Shown here piece by piece: positions 1 through 8,449 of a DNA stretch of 64,000 nucleotides. This stretch comes from a virus (Duplodnaviria > Caudoviricetes), in the IMG/VR virus record IMGVR_UViG_3300035113_000078, positions 738 through 64,737 of that record; one strand, written 5' to 3'. A model generated the notes under the pieces. The model was not told where the DNA came from and made no database searches. It saw nothing but the letters and a program-made list of their open reading frames with translations. Every line of letters begins with the position of its first letter. Positions within the stretch are counted from its first letter, which is position 1. Made by a program: the position numbers and the translations under genes.

Positions 1-181
1 GAAGTGGGTAGATCTTCTCGCCCGCCCATTCGCGCAGCTGAGTGACAGGGTCGCTGCCAAGCCAGGAAGGCTTGTTCGCTTCTTCAGTCTTCGTGCTCTG
101 CGTATCCGTCTGTGGCGTTTGTTCTTCGGCCGGCTGCGACGACGATTCGTCCGGCGGCGGCGATTGCGAGTCAACAGCCAT
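1..181 (-). CDS. N-terminus of a hypothetical protein running off the left edge
   Basis: Minus-strand ATG at 181 with AAGGAG upstream; reads MAVDSQSPPPDES...DPVTQLREWAGEKIYPL with no stop before the edge. Not in the ORF track. Confidence 0.6.
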   Translation of the reverse strand, partial: MAVDSQSPPPDESSSQPAEEQTPQTDTQSTKTEEANKPSWLGSDPVTQLREWAGEKIYPL

Positions 182-384
182 CGCGTACTCCTTGCGCGTC
201 ATTGTGATGGCGCCTGATGCCGCGGCTCGCGGCAGCTAGAACTTTTTGATGCAGCAAAAAGCTGCAGCAAAAGCAGCGTGACTTACAAATTTAGCCCGCG
301 ATAGACATGGCAACACCAGCCATTAGAAGCATTGCACTTGTTGTGTGCTCGACGCTGCAGGGCTCCCCGAGTCCGGTCCGAATC

Positions 385-522
385 TTGTAGCGCTCGCGGC
401 CGTGGCCGTCGAAGAGCTACAACGCCCTGTTCGTAACGATCGACGGTCATGGCCAGTAGGAGCTACGAAAAGTGCCCGTCATTCACGTAGCGGTTGATGG
501 CTGTCGAACACGGAAGCTACGG
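385..522. promoter_or_regulatory. Three GTA(G/A)CG-N22-AGCTAC boxes in a divergent intergenic region
   Basis: GTAG387/CTAC417, GTAA433/CTAC463 and GTAG487/CTAC517 all have an identical 26-nt gap. Confidence 0.5.
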
Positions 523-789
523 AGTCCGAGCTTCCGCTGAAGAATGAGCATTTGTTATTGCCTCATGCTGCACATCTCGTGTGCACGAAAGGCGCGTTTA
601 AAATTGACGCTTGCAATGTTCGCCATGTACAAGACCTACGTTCTCAGCAGTGACCGGTTGCATGTTGCGATCCGTAGTTATCTCATCAGACGGTCGAGTG
701 AGGAGGAGCAGCGACTCGCGATGCCGGCGCCCGGCAGCACGCTGGTCGCGCTCGCCAGTCGCGTACGCAAGCTCGATCTGTGTGTCGTC

Positions 790-987
790 ATGAAGCGGCG
801 GCATGACGAAGACTGCGAGTGGCGCTGCGCGGGTTGCGGGCGGATGCTTGGCCTGCTGCTGCGGAGCGGGCGACTGCATCTTCGGTTTGCGCATGGAGAG
901 TATGTCGTCGGCCTACCAGCATCGAGCTCTTGTGCGAGGTGCCATACGCTCAACGAGACCGGAGGTGAACGAGTGAACTCGCAATAG
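790..987 (+). CDS. Small Com-like zinc-finger regulator
   Basis: WRCAGCGRMLG...CARCHTLN resembles the Mu Com four-Cys pattern; start uncertain (721 or 790). Confidence 0.65.
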   Translation: MKRRHDEDCEWRCAGCGRMLGLLLRSGRLHLRFAHGEYVVGLPASSSCARCHTLNETGGERVNSQ

Positions 988-1027
988 CTGTATATCCACG
1001 CTTTCATTCGAACAGTGAACACTTCTC

Positions 1028-1093
1028 GAGGCGCTCGACGCCCTTTTCTCGGCCCTGGTGAGGCGCTCGACGCCCGGCCGAAAGGTCGGCGTC
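1028..1093 (+). promoter_or_regulatory. 16-nt direct repeat plus hairpin adjoining the next start codon
   Basis: GAGGCGCTCGACGCCC at 1028-1043 and 1060-1075; hairpin GACGCC(C)GGCC-GAAA-GGTCGGCGTC ends just before GTG 1095. Confidence 0.55.
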
Positions 1094-1094
1094 T

Positions 1095-1901
1095 GTGCAT
1101 TCTCCTTGGGGGAGCCTACATGCGGCTCTCATTAGATATGTGACAACGCTCACCGCAGCGAAGTGCTTTCAAGCCCTTGGAGACAGCGAGCCACTCTTGG
1201 CACGATTCAAGAGCAGCACTGATCTGCTCGTCTACTTCCACGACGACGGAGACCTCGACGACAAAGATCAGCTCTACGCTTCTCTCGTGCGCGTTGCGCA
1301 AACCCGAGCGGGGCCCGCGCGACTTGCCCATGCGCTCCTCTGGTGCGGGCTGTGGCCGGGTCTCGATCATGTGTATCAGCGCCAGCTTCAGCAGGTCGCG
1401 ACGAACCCCGAGGAGCTGACCGAGGCCATTTCGGTCGCATTCACGACGCTTGTCGGGCGCATGGATCTCTCTCGTGTTCATCGAGTCGCCGCGACGCTCG
1501 TCCGCAGCACGCATCGCCGGGTCATGGATGAGCGGCGACGCGCTGTGCATGAGCTGAACCGAATGGTCGGCAGCTCGGGTGGTGCGGCGGCAGTCCTGGA
1601 CGGCGCGAGACGCGAGATCGGCGAGAGCCAGCCCACGGGGCTGTCGTTTGCCGGAGAGCTCGCCTCCTTGCGCTCGGTTCTCGTGCCCCTGGTGGGTGCC
1701 GACGCGGAGCTGGTGTTGGCAGTGCTGGTCTTGGACTACGACCAGCACGAGGTCGCTACACGGCTAGGGCTGAGTCATGAGGCATCGCGTAAACGCTTTC
1801 AGCGAGCCCTCGCCCGGATTCGCGACCACCTGCGCGTTCAGCGCGGACGTGCGCGCCCAGGGTCGTTGCACGCTCGTTGGCGTAGCAGCACAGGCGAGTA
1901 G
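1095..1901 (+). CDS. Sigma-70/ECF-like transcription factor
   Basis: C-terminal region-4-like HTH: DYDQHEVATRLGLSHEASRKRFQRALARIR. Confidence 0.7.
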   Translation: MHSPWGSLHAALIRYVTTLTAAKCFQALGDSEPLLARFKSSTDLLVYFHDDGDLDDKDQLYASLVRVAQTRAGPARLAHALLWCGLWPGLDHVYQRQLQQVATNPEELTEAISVAFTTLVGRMDLSRVHRVAATLVRSTHRRVMDERRRAVHELNRMVGSSGGAAAVLDGARREIGESQPTGLSFAGELASLRSVLVPLVGADAELVLAVLVLDYDQHEVATRLGLSHEASRKRFQRALARIRDHLRVQRGRARPGSLHARWRSSTGE

Positions 1902-1971
1902 TTTGTCCCAGAACGGCCGACCGGTCCGCGTTTCTTGGTGGATAGGCGAAGACGCACCCAAGGAGCCGGAC

Positions 1972-2433
1972 ATGAATCAGATACAGAGCCCTGTACAGCA
2001 AATGAACCTCGAACTCGAACTGGACCCGCCGGACGACTTCGTCCGCGTGCCAGGCCTGCTTCGCCGCTGGGAGATCGAGCAGGTCGTCACCAGCGGCGCC
2101 GAGTACCACATCGAGGAAGCGGGTGAGCTTTCCGACAAGACCCAGGTGTTCGCGGTGTACCGGCGAGAGCACGCGCGGACGCGCCGCGAGGCGCACGACG
2201 GCGTGCCGGTCGGTCTGACGTTCGACAACCAGCAGGTGACCGTGCGCGCTCGCCTGCTACCGATCGACGGCGGCGAGCCGCTGATGGCGGTCGTGGTTCT
2301 TGGCGACCACCCCGAGGACGCCGCCACCCTGGCCCGGGTTCGGGAGCATCTCGCGAGGTCCGGAACCCCGAGCAGCGATGCGCACGACGCCCGCCACGTC
2401 ACGCCGCGGGCGCAGGAAGGCGCGACCCCGTGA
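1972..2433 (+). CDS. Hypothetical phage protein
   Basis: AAGGAG RBS before ATG 1972; stop overlaps the next start. Confidence 0.65.
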   Translation: MNQIQSPVQQMNLELELDPPDDFVRVPGLLRRWEIEQVVTSGAEYHIEEAGELSDKTQVFAVYRREHARTRREAHDGVPVGLTFDNQQVTVRARLLPIDGGEPLMAVVVLGDHPEDAATLARVREHLARSGTPSSDAHDARHVTPRAQEGATP

Positions 2434-2828
2434 GTGGCAGCATCGATGCGCACGATCCGGCGCGGTCCGCGCGCGCCCGGGTTGATGTTGCGGCAGCTCG
2501 GACCCCCGAGCCGCCGGTGCGGCGACGCGAGCGTGCGCAGAGCGACGCGCGCCTGCAGCCGGATGTACCGTCGCTCGGCGAGCTCAAGGCGCAACATCGC
2601 GAGCAGCACCTCTGTTTCCGGTGCAACCACCACATGGTCTGCGGGATGGCGAAGGCGCTGGACCCCAATCTGCTCGTCGCGATCGCGAGCTGCCTCGCCT
2701 TCGAGCCGGAGGGCTTCGCGGAGCCGAACGATGTACGCGAGCGTCTGCCAGTGGAATCACTCCCAGCACGCGATCAACCCGGTCGAGAAATCGTCCTTGG
2801 CCGGTCCCCGGGAAGGAATCAGCGATGA
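2430..2828 (+). CDS. Hypothetical Cys-rich protein
   Basis: CFRCNHHMVC...SC motif; GTGA/ATGA coupling at both ends. Confidence 0.55.
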   Translation: MSGSIDAHDPARSARARVDVAAARTPEPPVRRRERAQSDARLQPDVPSLGELKAQHREQHLCFRCNHHMVCGMAKALDPNLLVAIASCLAFEPEGFAEPNDVRERLPVESLPARDQPGREIVLGRSPGRNQR

Positions 2829-4099
2829 CGTTGACCATTCACGACTCGCCCTCAGCGAGCGCCAAGAAACTCACGGTCTGGACACATAGACCGATCACGA
2901 GTGGTGGCTGCCTTGCCGGTGGCACGCTGCTCGTGCATGCCGGCAGCGGCTGGCCCATCGCGTTGCGAGACCTGGTGCATCGCCGCGATGGAATCGTCCT
3001 GACGATGCGCGAGGCCAGCGTGCTCACCCTACAGCACCCGGCCGCGTACCTCGAACACGAGCCGGAGCAGCTCTACCGGTTGACGACGTACACCGGCAGG
3101 AGCATCGACGTCACCGCGGACCACCCGTTCCTCACCCGGGACGGGTGGAAGCCGCTGTCGGACCTGAGCCCGGTGGACGCCGTCGCCGTGGTAGCCGAGT
3201 ACCCGCAGCTGTTCGGGCGTGGCGATACCGACGCTAACCTCGTCAAGCTCCTCGCGTATCTCACGGCCAACGGGACGAACAACGACGGAACGGCGCCGCC
3301 GATCACCGATCCCGACGTCTGGGCCGACTTCGAGGCCGCGGTGCAGGCCAAGGAGGACGAGTGCGCGGTCCTCGAAGACGGCGTCGATCGGCGGCGGCTC
3401 TACGTGCAGGGTCCAGCGGGCGCGCACAGCAAGATCCTTCGCTACATGGATATCGTGGGGATCTACGGCGTACAGGCGCGCGACAAGTTCGTCCCCGACT
3501 TCATATTCGGGTTGCAGCAGGACAAGCTGCGGCTCTACCTGAACCGGCTGTTCACCTGCGACGGCGTGGTCGAGACGTCGGGCCGGATTGCCTACCGCAC
3601 CTCGTCGGTGTGCATGGCACGTCAGGTCCAGCACTTGCTCGCCCGGTTCGGCATCGTGTGCTTGCTGCGCGGGCTCGAGCGCGACGGCGACATCGAAGCG
3701 GTGGACCTCTTGATCACGACGAAGACCGACGTACTGCGGTTCCTCGACGACATCGGCTTCATCGGCGACAAGGCAGCTCGCGCCGAGGAGGTGCGCAGTT
3801 CGCTGTACCACACTCGGATGATCGAGCCTCCGCCTGACCGGCTAGGGCCAATCTTGTTCGACCGCGTCTACATGGTGGAACGCACCGAGAGCGCGCCGGT
3901 CTACGACCTCGCCATCCCCGAAACCCACAACTTCATCGCGAACGACTTCATCGTTCGCACGTCGAACTGGAGTTCTCTGATGGCGTCCGGGTGCGGCGAC
4001 GATGACACGTCGGACGTCGCGCGGTTCGGCGGGCGGGCCCGGGAGTCCGTCTGCCGCCCGTCCAACACGAGAACCGACGGGACCGACGGGAGCCAGTAG
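2825..4099 (+). CDS. Stand-alone intein-derived protein (Hint + LAGLIDADG)
   Basis: Block A CLAGGT, block B VTADHPFLT, LAGLIDADG-like LLAYLTANG and LNRLFTCDG, block F/G VYDLAIPETHNFIANDFIV ending RT instead of HN. Confidence 0.88.
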   Translation: MTLTIHDSPSASAKKLTVWTHRPITSGGCLAGGTLLVHAGSGWPIALRDLVHRRDGIVLTMREASVLTLQHPAAYLEHEPEQLYRLTTYTGRSIDVTADHPFLTRDGWKPLSDLSPVDAVAVVAEYPQLFGRGDTDANLVKLLAYLTANGTNNDGTAPPITDPDVWADFEAAVQAKEDECAVLEDGVDRRRLYVQGPAGAHSKILRYMDIVGIYGVQARDKFVPDFIFGLQQDKLRLYLNRLFTCDGVVETSGRIAYRTSSVCMARQVQHLLARFGIVCLLRGLERDGDIEAVDLLITTKTDVLRFLDDIGFIGDKAARAEEVRSSLYHTRMIEPPPDRLGPILFDRVYMVERTESAPVYDLAIPETHNFIANDFIVRTSNWSSLMASGCGDDDTSDVARFGGRARESVCRPSNTRTDGTDGSQ

Positions 4100-4108
4100 G
4101 AGGGCGCC

Positions 4109-5239
4109 ATGTTGCCGACACAGAAAACGCCGCCCAAGCCGAATCTCCACGATCTGACCGTGCTCGTGCACGGGCCGCACAAGTTCGGAAAGTCGACCCT
4201 GTGCGCGCAGTCCGATGGTGCACTATTCCTGGCGACCGAGCCGGGGCTGAATCACCTCGAGGTCTACCAGCAGCCGATCAGCACATGGGGCGAGCTCCTG
4301 GCGGCCGCCAAGGAGATCGCCGAAGGCAAGCACACGTTCCGCACGATCGTCATCGATACGGTCGACAACGCGTACCGCATGTGCGCCGAGTACATCTGCC
4401 GGAAGTACGAGGTCGAGCACGAGAGCGATCTCGAGTACGGCAAGGGCTACGCGATGGTCAATGCCGAGTTCCATCGCGTGCTGAACAAGCTCGCGCTCCT
4501 CCCGTACGGGCTGTTCCTCGTGTCGCATTCCCAGGAGAAAGAGATCGAGACCCGCACCGGCAAGTACACCAAGGTCGTTCCGACGCTGCCGGATAAGGCG
4601 CGCAAGCTCGTCCTGGGCTTGGTCGACATCATCCTGTTCTGCGACCTTGAGCAGGTGACGGGCGGTGACGGAAAGCCGGCGTACCGCCGCGTGCTTCGGA
4701 CGAAGCCCAGCATGGCATACGAGGCCGGCGATCGCACTGGCCGGTTGCCCGAGGTCCTCGAGCTGAACTTCGCCGCGTTCGCCGCTGCATTCGCCCAGGG
4801 TACGCCGGGATCCGCTGTCGCCGCTGTCACCGCTGTGGCGGCGCCGACGGCGAGTTCTCTGCGGTCCAGCGCGCAGCCTCGCGAGACCGCGGGGGTGATC
4901 GACAAGGCGCCGGGCGCGATCGACCCAGCCGCCGCCGCCGCTCCGGCGCACGCGGTGGCTGTGACCAGCCAGGTCTCGTCCGAGGCTTCCCCGACGGTAT
5001 CGGCGGCGAGCGCCGTGAGCGCAGCGAGTTCGGCGGCGGCAGCAACGCCACGGGCCAACGCGCGATCGACGGGTCCCGGTCGGCCGGCGACCGCCGACAC
5101 GGCAAGGCCTCGCGTCGACTCGGCGGCGATCGCGAGGTCGGCGGCCAGCTCGCCGCGCCTTCGCACGGCGGGAGCCTCTACCACAACCACCAGCCCCGCG
5201 GCCGCGAGGCCGCGCACGACGTCAACGGCGAGCCGCTGA
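4109..5239 (+). CDS. AAA_24 / Sak4-like phage ATPase with Ala/Ser-rich tail
   Basis: Walker A GPHKFGKST, Walker B TIVIDT; upstream of a DUF669-like gene; AGGAGG RBS. Confidence 0.85.
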   Translation: MLPTQKTPPKPNLHDLTVLVHGPHKFGKSTLCAQSDGALFLATEPGLNHLEVYQQPISTWGELLAAAKEIAEGKHTFRTIVIDTVDNAYRMCAEYICRKYEVEHESDLEYGKGYAMVNAEFHRVLNKLALLPYGLFLVSHSQEKEIETRTGKYTKVVPTLPDKARKLVLGLVDIILFCDLEQVTGGDGKPAYRRVLRTKPSMAYEAGDRTGRLPEVLELNFAAFAAAFAQGTPGSAVAAVTAVAAPTASSLRSSAQPRETAGVIDKAPGAIDPAAAAAPAHAVAVTSQVSSEASPTVSAASAVSAASSAAAATPRANARSTGPGRPATADTARPRVDSAAIARSAASSPRLRTAGASTTTTSPAAARPRTTSTASR

Positions 5240-5260
5240 CGTCCCACGACAGGAGTTCTC

Positions 5261-5746
5261 ATGAACGGACATGAATTTCCGGGCGATGACGCGCCCGAGA
5301 TCGACCTCTCGCAGTTCGACGACGACTTCGCCGAAGCGCCCGTCGAGGAGCGCGAGTTCGACCAGCTGCCCGATGGCAAGTACCAGGTCCAGGTCGACAA
5401 GGTCGACCTGACGACCGCCAGGAGCTCTGGCAACGCGATGCTGAAATGGACGCTGCGCATCCTCGGGCCCAACGATGCCGGGCGTCTGCTGTGGCGCAAC
5501 AACGTGATCGCGACCAAGGAGAACGTGCGCTGGCTGAAGAACGATCTTCACGTCTGCGGCCTGGAGCTGGTGCGGCTGTCGGATCTCCGAGATCGGCTTC
5601 CCGAACTGCTGGACGTGCAACTCGAGGTGACCAAGCGCACCAAGGGTGATAACGTCAATATCTACTTCAATCGCCGCCTCGTGCTGGATGAGCAGGGCAC
5701 TGGAGGCGTCTATGGCCGGGCCATGCCCGACGACAGCTCGTTCTGA
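5261..5746 (+). CDS. DUF669-like putative ssDNA-binding protein
   Basis: FDQLPDGKYQVQV...SGNAMLKWTLRI pattern and position after the AAA_24 gene. Confidence 0.8.
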   Translation: MNGHEFPGDDAPEIDLSQFDDDFAEAPVEEREFDQLPDGKYQVQVDKVDLTTARSSGNAMLKWTLRILGPNDAGRLLWRNNVIATKENVRWLKNDLHVCGLELVRLSDLRDRLPELLDVQLEVTKRTKGDNVNIYFNRRLVLDEQGTGGVYGRAMPDDSSF

Positions 5747-6179
5747 TCGCGCCGTCGTCATCGTCGACACCCGCGAACAGCAACCCTACGTGTTCGATCC
5801 AGAGCGCGTCACAATCGTGCGTCGCAAGTTGCTCGCCGGCGACTACTCGCTCGAGGGCCACGAGATGGCGATCGCCGCCGAGCGCAAGTCGCTCGACGAC
5901 TACGTTGCCTCGGTGGTGACCGAGCGGGATCGCTTTGCCCGCGAGCTGCAGATTCTGTCCGACTATGACGTCGCGTGCGTCGTGGTTGAGGCGACGCTCG
6001 AGGACGTCCTCGCACACCGCTACCGATCCGGCGCACATCCCAACGCCGTGCTCGGCGCAACCTTGTCGATCATCATCGACAAGAACGTCCCGGTGTTCTT
6101 CTGTGGCGACCGGCAGATCGCTCGCCGCTTCGTCGAAGGGCTGCTCTGTCGCTACCACAAGAAGGTCCAGGGCGAATGA
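5712..6179 (+). CDS. ERCC4-domain nuclease
   Basis: VDTREQ, LLAGDYS and ERKS motifs; start uncertain. Confidence 0.88.
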   Translation: MAGPCPTTARSDRAVVIVDTREQQPYVFDPERVTIVRRKLLAGDYSLEGHEMAIAAERKSLDDYVASVVTERDRFARELQILSDYDVACVVVEATLEDVLAHRYRSGAHPNAVLGATLSIIIDKNVPVFFCGDRQIARRFVEGLLCRYHKKVQGE

Positions 6180-8383
6180 CGAGCCCCGCCTCGGCGGTCA
6201 GCGAAGCCCTCGCGACGGCGCGCGGCACCGTCGAGGCGTTGTTCTTCTCCAGCCCCAAGTTCTCCGCCGGGCGCCTGCGGACCGGCGACGGGCAGATCGT
6301 GTCGTTCGCGGGCTCCTTGATGGTGCGCGTGCACGACGCCGTCGTGCTGCATGGCCGCTGGGAGACCCACGCGAAGTTCGGCCGCCAGCTCAAGGTCGCC
6401 CGCTTCGAGTTCGACCAGCAGCTCGGCCCCACCGGCCTGGCGCACTACCTCTCGAGCAACCCGTCGCTCAAGGGCATCGGCCCTGTCAAGGCGCGGCGAA
6501 TCGCCGAGGCGTTCGGCGACGACTTCGATCGCGTCATCGACGACGAGCCAGATCGCGTCGGCCGGGTTGCGAAGCTGCCGCGCGCCGCGCTGCAGCTCTT
6601 GCGCGAGGAATGGCTGCGCACGCGGTCGCTCAACGCGAGCCTGGCCTGGATGTCGGCGTTCGAGCTCACGCACCACCAGATGACGACGCTCATCGCCCGG
6701 TACCAGAACTCGGTTGTGACCGTGCTGAAGGAAAACCCCTACCTCCTGGTGCGCGAGATCCCGGGTTTCGGGTTCAAGCGCGTCGACCAGGTCGCGCGCA
6801 AGATGGGCACGCCGAAGGAGCACCCAGGGCGCATCCGCGCCGGCGTCGTGCACGCGGTCGTCGAGCGGCTCGAGCAGGGCGACTGCTGGGTCGATTACGA
6901 GGCGCTGATCGGCCTGGCCAACGCGCTCCTCGTCATGGACATCGCCGATAGCCGCGATCGGATCGAGGCGGCGCTGGATACGTTAATCGAGGACCGCACC
7001 CTGTCCTGCGTGTCGCTCGGCGGCCGCTTCCTCGTCGCTCTGCCGCACATCGTCGAGATGGAGCAGGACCTGGCCGAGTTGTTCACGACCAGGCTGGGGC
7101 CGAACCCACACCTTGCGCACATCGATCCAGCGGTGATCGACGCGGTGGACACCAGCCTGAACGCGGGGCAGCGCCGCGCGCTGCGTGCAGCCGTCGAGTA
7201 CAACCTCGTCCTGGTGAGCGGCGGCGCCGGCGTGGGGAAGACCCGGCTCGTCGCCACGCTCACAAAGGTCTACGAGCTTCGATCTGGACGGGTGGCCCTT
7301 GCTGCGTCGACGGGGAAGGCCGCGAAGCGGCTCGAAGAGGTCGTTGGACGCAAGGCGTTCACGATCCATCGGCTGCTCGGCTACAAGGGCAAGAACTTCT
7401 CCCGGGGCATCGACGACCCGATCGACGCCGATGTGTTGATCGTCGACGAGGTCTCGATGGTCGACATCCCGCTCGCCTGGCACTTGTTCCGCGCCCTCGA
7501 CTTCGCACGGACGGCCGTCGTGCTGGTCGGCGACCACAATCAGCTGCCGCCCGTGGGTCCCGGGAATCTGCTCCGCGACCTCATCGACCGCCAGCCCATA
7601 CCCACGGTCATCCTCGACCAGGTCGTCCGCCAGGCCGGTGCACTCAAGGAGAATTCGATCGCGGTGTTGCGCGGCGAGGTGCGGAAGACCGCGGCGCCTC
7701 AGGAGGACGGCCGGTCGCCATGGGTCGTGGCAAACCAGTTCACCGACGTGCTCGCCGCGCAGAACTACGTGCTCGAGCTGTTCGACCACATCCTCGTCGA
7801 GCAATTCGGGTTCGATCTGCTCGCGCATGTTCAGCTCTTGACGCCGACCCGCAAGGGGCCGCTCGGCGTCGACGAGCTGAACATCCTCCTGCAGCAACTC
7901 GTGCAGGAGAAGCTATGGCACGTGGTCGTCGCGCCGCTGCGGCCGGGCCGGCGACCGGACCTGCTGAACCGAGACCGCGTCATCCAGAACCGCAACAACT
8001 ACGAACTCGGCGTGATGAACGGTGCGATCGGCGTCGTCACGGAGAAGGGCGACAAGCACGGTGAGCTGAAGGTCCGGTTCGATGATCTCGAAGTCGAGTA
8101 CAGCGCCGAGACGGTCGGCGAGCTGTCGCTGGCGTACGCGCTCACCGTGCACAAGTACCAGGGGTCTCAGATCCCGTGCGTGGTGCTGCTCGTCCACAAG
8201 GCGCATTCGTTCATGCACCACCGGAACCTGTTTTACACCGGCGTCACCCGCGCGCAGGAGACCGCGATCGTCGTCGGCGATCAATGGGGTATGCGTGCGT
8301 GCGCCGAGAAGGAGCAGGTCGAGCGTCGCAAGACGTTTCTGTCGGTGCTCGATCTGCCGCGCTGGAAGGGGAGCGGGGGGTGA
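6176..8383 (+). CDS. recD2: RecD2-like SF1 helicase
   Basis: HhH KGIGP, GGAGVGKT, VDEVSM, GDHNQLPPVGPG, YALTVHKYQGS, YTGVTRA. Confidence 0.92.
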   Translation: MTSPASAVSEALATARGTVEALFFSSPKFSAGRLRTGDGQIVSFAGSLMVRVHDAVVLHGRWETHAKFGRQLKVARFEFDQQLGPTGLAHYLSSNPSLKGIGPVKARRIAEAFGDDFDRVIDDEPDRVGRVAKLPRAALQLLREEWLRTRSLNASLAWMSAFELTHHQMTTLIARYQNSVVTVLKENPYLLVREIPGFGFKRVDQVARKMGTPKEHPGRIRAGVVHAVVERLEQGDCWVDYEALIGLANALLVMDIADSRDRIEAALDTLIEDRTLSCVSLGGRFLVALPHIVEMEQDLAELFTTRLGPNPHLAHIDPAVIDAVDTSLNAGQRRALRAAVEYNLVLVSGGAGVGKTRLVATLTKVYELRSGRVALAASTGKAAKRLEEVVGRKAFTIHRLLGYKGKNFSRGIDDPIDADVLIVDEVSMVDIPLAWHLFRALDFARTAVVLVGDHNQLPPVGPGNLLRDLIDRQPIPTVILDQVVRQAGALKENSIAVLRGEVRKTAAPQEDGRSPWVVANQFTDVLAAQNYVLELFDHILVEQFGFDLLAHVQLLTPTRKGPLGVDELNILLQQLVQEKLWHVVVAPLRPGRRPDLLNRDRVIQNRNNYELGVMNGAIGVVTEKGDKHGELKVRFDDLEVEYSAETVGELSLAYALTVHKYQGSQIPCVVLLVHKAHSFMHHRNLFYTGVTRAQETAIVVGDQWGMRACAEKEQVERRKTFLSVLDLPRWKGSGG

Positions 8384-8449
8384 CCACCTACCCGTCGGTA
8401 CGGCTCTCGTCCACCGTCCCCGCCGGCGTTCGACCCGCGTGAGGACTCG

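Noticed and set aside
250-280. GCAGCAAAA short repeat as an att site
   Set aside because: No second copy was seen near the other end of the window.
2825-4099. DnaB helicase with intein, or half of a split intein
   Set aside because: No DnaB extein is present, both Hint halves are in one ORF, and the flanks match the neighbouring AAA ATPase instead.
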